UHGV virus genome: UHGV-0026213
Strand: one strand, 5' to 3'
Origin: a virus
DNA: 64,000 nucleotides
Shown: in pieces, positions 1-8,120 of the stretch
How positions within the stretch are numbered: position 1 is the stretch's first letter
Layout of the letters: each line of letters starts with the position of its first letter
The notes under the pieces: generated by a model
Seen by the model: the letters and a program-made list of their open reading frames with translations, nothing else
Told to the model about the DNA's origin: nothing
The model's database searches: none
Made by a program: the position numbers and the translations under genes

Positions 1-33
1 TTTTTTTTTTCGCTTTGGTATGAACCCCTTGTA

Positions 34-900
34 TTGGAAAAGGCTATGATTGACATTTATACCGATTACGCCGCCGTTCTTACCGTCAATCGTGCGGAAG
101 AACGTGCTGCGCCTTTCCTGGACTTAGTAACGCTGTGCATGGATTACGGTTACGATGTTGCGCTAAGCGATGTGTATTGGCAACCGTCGTCTGATCCTGC
201 CGACGAAACCGTAAGACTGGAAGGGATTATTGTAAAATGTGCCGTGGCGTTAGGCAACCGTTTAGGCGTCGCTTTAAACCCACAAGAAGTTTTCCGTAAA
301 CCGAAAGAGACCGTGCGTATTCTGGATGGCATTACGTCTAAATTCGAAGAGTTCGAAGACACCGATACGCTATACGGTCTCGTGATGTCTGGAGAGACGC
401 CAGAGTTTATCCTGGAAAGTATCTGCCGTTACGTATACGGCGATGACAATATCCATTTTGAAGATTTGGTCATTCGTGTTTCACCCCGTGTAATGACAGT
501 GATGCGTAACTATCTCTCAGCTATGGTTGTGGATGAACAACTCGCAGTAGGTAACGATGCACGTCTGTCACGTATTGCAGAATACTTGCGCCTTTATCCG
601 CAAAACCCCTCTGCGTTCGTATTCCTAAACTTACCTGAAGATCCTGATTTGACGGTTGTCCAACAATCGTTAGTGTTTGATGTCGAAGATTACAGCGAAA
701 CAGAATTACTCGAGATGTATACGGTAGGACTTTCGATTATCGATAACGATGAATTCGATGACGCGTATGCCGATCTTTCGACGAACTTAGAGAAACTTAA
801 TAATGATGGGTTACAACCCATTACTGTTTTACAACCTGCATTAAAAAGCCTACGGCTGATTTATCAGGTTGAGGAGGCAGAGCACGATGACGAGGTTTGA
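34..900 (+). CDS. hypothetical protein (start ambiguous; frame is open to window edge, candidate ATG at 46)
   Basis: Long ORF in six-frame track; acidic C-terminus; 3' end overlaps RBS GAGGAGG and start of next gene. Confidence 0.5.
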   Translation: MEKAMIDIYTDYAAVLTVNRAEERAAPFLDLVTLCMDYGYDVALSDVYWQPSSDPADETVRLEGIIVKCAVALGNRLGVALNPQEVFRKPKETVRILDGITSKFEEFEDTDTLYGLVMSGETPEFILESICRYVYGDDNIHFEDLVIRVSPRVMTVMRNYLSAMVVDEQLAVGNDARLSRIAEYLRLYPQNPSAFVFLNLPEDPDLTVVQQSLVFDVEDYSETELLEMYTVGLSIIDNDEFDDAYADLSTNLEKLNNDGLQPITVLQPALKSLRLIYQVEEAEHDDEV

Positions 901-2188
901 GTTCTTAGTAGCGGCATGTAAAGCAGAAGCTTGGCGTCGATTGGTTTGGCGTATTGCTATTTTTAACATGTCGGTGTTTCCAACAGGGCGCGAAGAACCC
1001 GAAGTGTTTGATATAACGTATATCGATGGCTTACCGCATTATTACGCTGTAGAAGACGGTAAGGGCAGTTGGGAACCGATTACTGACGGTGTAAAGGACC
1101 AGGAGCTGTTTGTCCCTGAAGAACAGTTCGAGCTACGCCCTGACGATTATCCCGGTTTAGACGGTCCTATTCCCACGACAGTAGGACGATACGTTTTTAA
1201 CTGGATTGTTATCTGGTATGCATTTGGTACACGCTTACCCTATCTGGCGATTTCACAAAACCCGTTGGAATATCGCAAAGAGATGCATCGGCGTTGCTTA
1301 GACCATGAAACCGATGAGCCAGAAAATGAAGGTGCAATCCGACCGAGTATGATTGAGCGCTTTGTAAGCGGCTTACACGAACTCGCGCCACTTACGTCAG
1401 GTATTGCACCAACAGGTACGTTACGAAGCCTCACGGTGCATCCTGATGCGTATAAAATCCGCGATGCGTTACTGTTGAAGCACAAAGACGAGTTAGACGA
1501 TCCTGCCGTTATCGTTAAGATTGAAAAAGCGCTGGATGAGTTAGATAAAGAGTGGTTGTCGGGTGACCAATCTATTGAGTTTTATAACTCGCCGAAATCG
1601 CGGATGCGTCGACGTAAATTAATGCTGATGTACGGTATTGAATCGTCTTTTCAGGAAGGGGGTCATTATACGCTCATTCCGAACGCATTAGTTGAAGTTG
1701 ATAAGGCGGGGATGGAAAACCTGGTCGCGAAATTCAACTCTATTCGTGAAGGTTCGTTCTCTCGTGGTGCGGAAACAGCGAAAGGGGGTGAGCAGGTACG
1801 TATTATCCAGATGATTTTCCAGAACCACCGAATCGTCCCTGGTGACTGTGGAACGAAACTAACGTATCCGGTTGTGATTACCGATGATAACGTAAAACGT
1901 TACGTTGGGATGAATGCGATGGTTAATGGTAAACTGACACCACTGACTGAGGAATATTTAAAACAGCAGTTAGGTAAAGTGGTGCGGTTACGCCGACCCA
2001 TCTTATGTCAGTATGGCCACATCGACACCTGCACAGCGTGTTCGTCTGCGAATAAAGGGGAAGAACCTCGCGCAATCGCTGCGGATATATCCTCGGCGTT
2101 CTCTAACGTTATGTCCGTGGCAATGGCCGCGATGCACGGTAAAGAGACAGTGGTACACGAATTTAATCCATCGATCCACATTACGTAA
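887..2188 (+). CDS. hypothetical protein; weak resemblance to multisubunit RNA polymerase motifs (tentative)
   Basis: RBS GAGGAGG 9 nt upstream of ATG 887; motifs SQNPL..HRR..VHP and C-x8-C-x2-C near C-terminus; no canonical NADFDGD or PIETPEG motif. Confidence 0.5.
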   Translation: MTRFEFLVAACKAEAWRRLVWRIAIFNMSVFPTGREEPEVFDITYIDGLPHYYAVEDGKGSWEPITDGVKDQELFVPEEQFELRPDDYPGLDGPIPTTVGRYVFNWIVIWYAFGTRLPYLAISQNPLEYRKEMHRRCLDHETDEPENEGAIRPSMIERFVSGLHELAPLTSGIAPTGTLRSLTVHPDAYKIRDALLLKHKDELDDPAVIVKIEKALDELDKEWLSGDQSIEFYNSPKSRMRRRKLMLMYGIESSFQEGGHYTLIPNALVEVDKAGMENLVAKFNSIREGSFSRGAETAKGGEQVRIIQMIFQNHRIVPGDCGTKLTYPVVITDDNVKRYVGMNAMVNGKLTPLTEEYLKQQLGKVVRLRRPILCQYGHIDTCTACSSANKGEEPRAIAADISSAFSNVMSVAMAAMHGKETVVHEFNPSIHIT

Positions 2189-2201
2189 GGATTATTAGCC
2201 A

Positions 2202-2711
2202 ATGGCAACTAAAGATATTTCGACACAAGATGAACGCCCATCAGCGGTAAGACGCGCTGAGGAAAATGCGGTAACTTACAGTCAGGATGATGCGTACCAG
2301 GTGCGACTTATTGCTACTCAGCTCGATGAGGCTGGCGGGGCAATTAGCCAAAATAAACCGAAAGATACCCCAGAAGCTGACGACGCTTTCCGTAAGCTGC
2401 ATCAATCGTTCCGTACGTTATTTGAACTGCGCGGCCAAGCATTCATTGATGCGTTCAACGTGTTCGTTGAAGCTGCAATTAAACACAAACGTGGTATCTT
2501 CTACTATCCGAATGTGAACTACCATTTAGATTGGTTTTACGATTCCGCTGAACGTGAAACATACGTCGTGTTTATCAACATGTTAGTACGTTTCGCAAAT
2601 TCTCAGGATAAAGCAAACTTTGCTCAGCGTGACAACGTTGGACGTTTGGTACAACGTGTGACCGATCCAGAGCTGCAACACTTACTGGCTTACTGCTTCA
2701 ACGCGGCATAA
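2202..2711 (+). CDS. hypothetical protein
   Basis: 169-codon ORF followed by hairpin terminator at 2716. Confidence 0.55.
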   Translation: MATKDISTQDERPSAVRRAEENAVTYSQDDAYQVRLIATQLDEAGGAISQNKPKDTPEADDAFRKLHQSFRTLFELRGQAFIDAFNVFVEAAIKHKRGIFYYPNVNYHLDWFYDSAERETYVVFINMLVRFANSQDKANFAQRDNVGRLVQRVTDPELQHLLAYCFNAA

Positions 2712-2715
2712 AAGT

Positions 2716-2758
2716 ATTACCCTACTCCCGAAGGAGTAGGGTAACGTTTATTTTTTTT
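2716..2758. terminator. bidirectional intrinsic terminator between convergent genes
   Basis: Hairpin ATTACCCTACTCC-CGAA-GGAGTAGGGTAAC then T-run; A-run on other side. Confidence 0.7.
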
Positions 2759-4538
2759 ACTTTGCAGCTTTGATATATTCAAAAGGATCGGTAATTGTTT
2801 CTCCTTGTCTACGTAGAAAAGCTTCTAAGACGTCGTTTTTATCGGGCAACAGGAAGAAATCTGTCGCGATTTCCATTGCATTGACACGCCCCGCAGTAAG
2901 GTTAATACCGACACGACGCCGTACCTCTTCAGGAACACCGTGAATGCTCAGTAGCTCGATTAACGTTGTTTCACGAGACTGGTTCATCATGTTCGTTGCA
3001 GATGGGTATGCCTGGGTTAAGTCAGCATCCGCAGTTTGCCCACGGAAAGCCGTGTAGAAATCATCAACTTCCTTGATGATGTTTCGTAGCCCATTCTCTG
3101 CGTTCATACACGCAGTCAATGTAACAATCCAACCATCCGTCCCAATGACTTCATTGTCGAAATCGTTACGCATCGCGCTACCCACACAACCGATAACCAG
3201 ACCCTGTTCATAGAGGTAATACGTGTATGCAATACAGATTCGCTTCGGTAGAGAAGGGAAAATATCATACATCGAATAACCCGCCAAAACTGAAATAGCA
3301 GAAGACAGATCGTTCGTCTTTTTATCCAGCAGAACAATCATCAAGTTATCGAAGATGTTATAAACGCAGTATTCTAACGGGAAATCTTTCTGCGCCTTTA
3401 AGTGCCATTCCAACTTTTCCTCGTAGGGCAGTTCTGGTAAGTCCAACTTGTTTAAACCCAACTCGGTTTCCAGTATCGCGTTAAGTTTGTAAGAGGGGCG
3501 TTGTCCCTCGTGTACACGCAATGAACGGAATAGACACATCGCATCTACACAGTAGAATGACGCCGTACAATAAAGAATGTGCCACTGTTGCGAAGGCGCT
3601 TTTGTTAATGATTTTGATTCCGTTTTCTTCGATGCTTCGTCTTTCTTAAAGTAGACACGACGGTACTGTTTTGGCACGTCAGGATGACAGAAGACGTCTT
3701 CCGGTGGAATCCCCGCAGCTTCTAAAGCTTCCAACATACGTGAAATATCGAACTCGTGGTTCCATGCGACGAGTAAGTCAGGAAGCCGAGGATGGATTTC
3801 TTCAAACATCCGTTGAATACAACAACCAGAATTGAGGCATTCGTAAACGAAGATTTTGTAACCATCAATAACGTTTTTGTATTTAACGATGGGGTTGTCG
3901 TTCTCGTCTTTTCCACGAAAAGCGATTTTAGAAAGCAATTCCTGAGCACGTTTGACGAGTCGCGCTTCAAAGTTTTCACGCCCACAACGAGTGACGTAGT
4001 CTTTCGTAGCAAAGAAATGAATTTCGTCGTCTAAAACAAAACTCATAATCCAGGGGTCTCGAGATTTGTCTTCTTCTCGAGTTTCCACGTCGTATACACA
4101 GATGCGGTTAGGTGAAACAGCATTAGGCCATTTACGTATGTACTTTTCTTTAATCCAGCTAGTAATAGGCAAATCAGCCCAGTAAACATACGGTGAAGTA
4201 CAAACCTGACGGAGTGGTTTCTTTTTATCGGGAAAACGAATCCCCAGACCCATCTGTATGGTTGAGGACATCATTACATCCGTTGTTAAATATTCCTGGC
4301 ACTTACTACGTTCTTCGTATTCTTTCTTTTCCTTGTGGTTACGATGCTGTGGTAAAGTAATGTAGATGGGCCGTTTCAGATTTTCACGCATGACAATTCG
4401 TGGGATATATCTGCCATCTTTAGTATGGACGACCTCCTTTATGAGCACGAAGTCGTTTTCTTTCTGCTGATCGGTTGCGTAAGAAACAAACTTGCACTCC
4501 TTGGCAATAACGTCTTCCGGTGCGTAATAGTTATTCAT
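2757..4538 (-). CDS. DEDDy 3'-5' exonuclease domain protein with family-B DNA polymerase-like Exo I/II/III motifs (possible exonuclease part of a split DNA polymerase)
   Basis: Motifs YDVETRE (Exo I), WNHEFD (Exo II), YNIFD (Exo III) at polB-like spacing; no polymerase motifs A/C seen; start chosen at MNNYYAPE (4538) rather than upstream ATG at 4652. Confidence 0.55.
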   Translation of the reverse strand: MNNYYAPEDVIAKECKFVSYATDQQKENDFVLIKEVVHTKDGRYIPRIVMRENLKRPIYITLPQHRNHKEKKEYEERSKCQEYLTTDVMMSSTIQMGLGIRFPDKKKPLRQVCTSPYVYWADLPITSWIKEKYIRKWPNAVSPNRICVYDVETREEDKSRDPWIMSFVLDDEIHFFATKDYVTRCGRENFEARLVKRAQELLSKIAFRGKDENDNPIVKYKNVIDGYKIFVYECLNSGCCIQRMFEEIHPRLPDLLVAWNHEFDISRMLEALEAAGIPPEDVFCHPDVPKQYRRVYFKKDEASKKTESKSLTKAPSQQWHILYCTASFYCVDAMCLFRSLRVHEGQRPSYKLNAILETELGLNKLDLPELPYEEKLEWHLKAQKDFPLEYCVYNIFDNLMIVLLDKKTNDLSSAISVLAGYSMYDIFPSLPKRICIAYTYYLYEQGLVIGCVGSAMRNDFDNEVIGTDGWIVTLTACMNAENGLRNIIKEVDDFYTAFRGQTADADLTQAYPSATNMMNQSRETTLIELLSIHGVPEEVRRRVGINLTAGRVNAMEIATDFFLLPDKNDVLEAFLRRQGETITDPFEYIKAAK

Positions 4539-4609
4539 GATTTCACTCTCAAATCTAGCGGCTGCTATACTGATTTGTGGGTAATGTAATTTCTCAAAAG
4601 GAAACACAA

Positions 4610-5944
4610 ATGGGATATTGGCAAAATCACATTGCATCAGTTGCGGATGCAAAGGTTGTAGCCGCAGAATCGATTAAATTCCAAGACAAAAAGAAGCTGG
4701 CAGAATTGGCTGATGTTATTGCTAAGTTTCGTGGTGCAGGCGATTTCAGTCCTGCAGGCTACGAAAGTGCCGGGGTTTCGGATTGGGTATTTAAGAATAT
4801 CGGCATTACGATTCACTTTAAGAACGGTAGCGAATTGGGTCTTGTTGACGTTGCTTTTGCAGGCGTGGAACCACCGAAATTGGATGCAAACAGTCCAATC
4901 ATTGCATCGATGACTCGCGCACTGTACGCAGGTAACAAAGACCTGGATATGTACAGTAAGTTCATCAAAGAAAACGAACTGAACACATCAATCGATGACA
5001 GCAGTGCAAAAATCAGTGGCGATTTAAGCAAAGTGGGTTCTCCGCTTTATCTTACCCCGGTGCTGCTGGAAAAATTAAATCTGACCGATCTGGAAATCGC
5101 CTCGGTGATTCTTCATGAAGTCGGCCACATCTATTATTATTTCCGTACGCTAATGCGTACCGTGGTGACTGATTTGCTGACAGATGCTGCGGCTAACCGC
5201 ATCATGGAAACAGAAGACCAAACTGTCCGCTTGCGCATTGTTAAAGACGTAGAGAAGATGCTGAACACGAAAGTGAATCAGCCGGAAACGATTTGTACCG
5301 AGTACAAAAAAGAAAACGTCTACATGCACTTAGTCACGCAGTTGTTATTAGATCGCCCGTTCATTAGCGGTAGTCAAGGCTTTGCTAACAGAACGTGGGA
5401 ACGTGCTGCGGATGATTTTGCTTCCCGTTTCGGAGGCGCTCCTTATCTGGCTTCTGCACTGTATAAAATGGAAACCAGTTCGTTCTATTTGCTGCGGAAC
5501 TCAGCGTATATGAACATGGGTGTCCATTTGACGGTAGAACTTTTCCGCGTGACTGCGCTGATAGTCTCTTCTACGATTCCAATTATTCCAGTGATTTCCG
5601 TGACGTTCGGAATGATCTTAAATGACCCGGATAACACCATTTACGATCCGCCGCAGCAGCGTTTTGAGGCAATGCGACGTACACTCGTTGAAGAACTCAA
5701 TACGATTAAAGACAAAAATACGAAAGCGGCTAACGAGCAACGTAAACGTATTTTAGATGGTATTGCGGTTATCGACAAGTTATTAGAAACCGTAAAAGAT
5801 AAAGATAACTTGTACCAGTTTATCTGGAATACTTTAACGCCGAAGGGTCGTCGCTCACGTGCTGCTGTTGATTATCAGCGTGCGATTGGGAAGTATATGT
5901 CGAACGATCTTCGTATTGCTTCAGCCATGTTTAATGTCGAATAA
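4610..5944 (+). CDS. putative zinc metallopeptidase-like protein (HEVGH motif) with hydrophobic C-terminal segment
   Basis: HExxH motif ILHEVGHIYY; hydrophobic stretch VTALIVSSTIPIIPVISVTFGMIL; start at MGYWQ after RBS-like GGAAACA. Confidence 0.45.
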   Translation: MGYWQNHIASVADAKVVAAESIKFQDKKKLAELADVIAKFRGAGDFSPAGYESAGVSDWVFKNIGITIHFKNGSELGLVDVAFAGVEPPKLDANSPIIASMTRALYAGNKDLDMYSKFIKENELNTSIDDSSAKISGDLSKVGSPLYLTPVLLEKLNLTDLEIASVILHEVGHIYYYFRTLMRTVVTDLLTDAAANRIMETEDQTVRLRIVKDVEKMLNTKVNQPETICTEYKKENVYMHLVTQLLLDRPFISGSQGFANRTWERAADDFASRFGGAPYLASALYKMETSSFYLLRNSAYMNMGVHLTVELFRVTALIVSSTIPIIPVISVTFGMILNDPDNTIYDPPQQRFEAMRRTLVEELNTIKDKNTKAANEQRKRILDGIAVIDKLLETVKDKDNLYQFIWNTLTPKGRRSRAAVDYQRAIGKYMSNDLRIASAMFNVE

Positions 5945-5958
5945 GTAAAGGTAAAATC

Positions 5959-6402
5959 ATGACGCATAAAGTTTCTTTAAATTCCCTGGTTCTGGACTTT
6001 AAACGTACGAACGAGGGTAAAGGTGTACAGGCACAACGCGCACTGACTGGCCTGGTCGCATTCGCATTGGCTTATAATACCGATATGCCCGATAATGGCC
6101 CGTTTGGGTCGAATGAAGTGTCGCAGCTAAAACTCCGTCCACTGATGAAAAATGTTGTTTCGGACGTAAACGAGCTTTATTGTGTCGATCTGGGCAGTAT
6201 TGAAGATTTGACAGTGGCACTGTTTTGTAACCGCTACGATAGCGCTTGGGGCGGCCGTCGCGCTATTGAAAACTTCTCTGTCCGTGAGATTTTCAATGAA
6301 GCCTTGGGCGACGATGTATGGGATACCGTTAATCTGTGGCTGGAACGTTTCATGGAAACGGTGAAATTCTATATGGAAGAAACGCGAGGCGAGCTGGTAT
6401 GA
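5959..6402 (+). CDS. hypothetical protein
   Basis: 147-codon ORF; stop overlaps start of next gene (ATGA). Confidence 0.5.
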   Translation: MTHKVSLNSLVLDFKRTNEGKGVQAQRALTGLVAFALAYNTDMPDNGPFGSNEVSQLKLRPLMKNVVSDVNELYCVDLGSIEDLTVALFCNRYDSAWGGRRAIENFSVREIFNEALGDDVWDTVNLWLERFMETVKFYMEETRGELV

Positions 6403-8069
6403 GTATGGAGATGACAGCAAACATTGCGCAACCGCAGTGGAAACTCGATGAACTTCCTGCACTGTTAGAACAGCGCATGGAGGAACGCATCGATTCTGTT
6501 AGCCAACTCAATCTCTACATGCAACGTAATGAAGCAGACCTGATTTACGGTTCTCGCCTTATCGCGCAAATTGAAGCGATCTTACGGGAAATACGTAATG
6601 CAGGGCTGAACCGTGATGTTGCTGTAGCGACTGAATCGTTGCGTCCTGGCACAATCCCGAAGGCGGTACAAAGTGTCCTGACGTCGAATTATTCCAAAAC
6701 ACACCAGAAAGAAACGGTGGTGGCATTAGAGTCTTACGCTAATTTTGGTAAGATTAGCCTTATCGTGATGGTGATGATGGGGATAATGAAAATCCTCAGT
6801 TGGATTATCAGCAACGCCGTTCCTTTTGCGGGTGCTGCGAATATTGACGGGAACGACTATCGCGAGAAACTGGAAGAGAAGTTGGCCGATGTTCCTTTCA
6901 CAGAGCGCCTGAAAACAACCGTACTGAAAGAAGTTTATCTGGTACTGTCAAAAGGTTTGAAAGACAGCGAGTTAAGCAACCTGGAGTTATCTCTTTCGCT
7001 GGCTGACGACGTTTTCGTGAACATGGAAGCTGAAGAGTTTCTAAATAAACTCGCCGCTGCGTTAGGTAAATCACCGTTTATCGATACGTTTAAGAACCAT
7101 CTTAAACGTCGGCAGAATGAGTTGCAGGTTATTCAGGATCTGCTCGATACGCTGCTTCGGACGAATATCGGCTACGGTGTATTTGACTTCGGGGTTGCTG
7201 AGGAAGTCTATAACGGTTTGCCGCCTGATGTGAAACGTGCTGGAGTGAACATTCCGTCAGATATTCAGTTCAACTTAATGAGCACGCTTCTTGACAGTTT
7301 TGCCGGTGCGCTTCAGGACTTAGACCAGTCGCTGAAAGACATCAAAACGTATTACCTGTCGAATAATCCGAAGGTAGGCACATCGCAAGAGAACCAAGTC
7401 GCCGCTGTGCATCTGGTTCGTGCGTTAGGCGAGATCAATGGCCGAATTGAATATACTGCCACGGAATTTGGACGACAGAAAGGTAGTCCTGGTCCAATTT
7501 TGCGTGTAAAAGACAAGGTTGAGCTTCTCGGTTATACCACACGTGAATTAGACAACGGTTGGATGATTGCATCAATCGGTGCTAACTCTTTCTTTGGCTC
7601 CACAACAAACCTGGAGATGATGCGCCAGGAGTTGAGCTTAAGTAACGGGGATTACCGTGAGCTGTTGGCATGTCTGATTACACTGGCACGTAGTGGTATC
7701 TCGGATGGCGTAGCGAATACTGCGCTAGACAAGTATAAGGTGTTGGAGAAACGTGTCGATCAGGTTGTAAAAACCTTGAAAGAGATGGCACGCCAATCAC
7801 GTTCTGGCGTCGACAGTCAGAAATGGCAGGCGATGGAACAGGCGTTTAAAGACCAAGTGACGCGAGGGGAGAACTTTAACCTTCACGGTCGTGAACTGAC
7901 CACGATGATGGTGTTAAACCCTGACCGTAATGTCTGGGATTCTGTTGCGCACAGTGCAAACATGATTAACATGTGGTGCAAGGCCGCAGGGTCTATGGCA
8001 ACGGTGTTGAAGCGTGCCAAGTCCAACCCACTTGTGAAAGGTGGGAAGTTCAATAAATTGATTGATTAA
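6399..8069 (+). CDS. hypothetical membrane-associated protein
   Basis: ATGA-coupled start; predicted TM segment ISLIVMVMMGIMKILSWIISNAV; followed by hairpin terminator at 8075. Confidence 0.5.
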   Translation: MSMEMTANIAQPQWKLDELPALLEQRMEERIDSVSQLNLYMQRNEADLIYGSRLIAQIEAILREIRNAGLNRDVAVATESLRPGTIPKAVQSVLTSNYSKTHQKETVVALESYANFGKISLIVMVMMGIMKILSWIISNAVPFAGAANIDGNDYREKLEEKLADVPFTERLKTTVLKEVYLVLSKGLKDSELSNLELSLSLADDVFVNMEAEEFLNKLAAALGKSPFIDTFKNHLKRRQNELQVIQDLLDTLLRTNIGYGVFDFGVAEEVYNGLPPDVKRAGVNIPSDIQFNLMSTLLDSFAGALQDLDQSLKDIKTYYLSNNPKVGTSQENQVAAVHLVRALGEINGRIEYTATEFGRQKGSPGPILRVKDKVELLGYTTRELDNGWMIASIGANSFFGSTTNLEMMRQELSLSNGDYRELLACLITLARSGISDGVANTALDKYKVLEKRVDQVVKTLKEMARQSRSGVDSQKWQAMEQAFKDQVTRGENFNLHGRELTTMMVLNPDRNVWDSVAHSANMINMWCKAAGSMATVLKRAKSNPLVKGGKFNKLID

Positions 8070-8074
8070 AAAAG

Positions 8075-8120
8075 ATTACCCTACTCCCGAAGGAGTAGGG
8101 TAACTTTTATTATTTTTTTC
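8075..8120. terminator. bidirectional intrinsic terminator, same hairpin sequence as at 2716
   Basis: Identical 30-nt hairpin flanked by A-run and T-run between convergent genes. Confidence 0.7.

Noticed and set aside
1-10. T10 run at the window start
   Set aside because: Likely the U-tract of a terminator whose hairpin lies upstream of the window; cannot be evaluated from this sequence.
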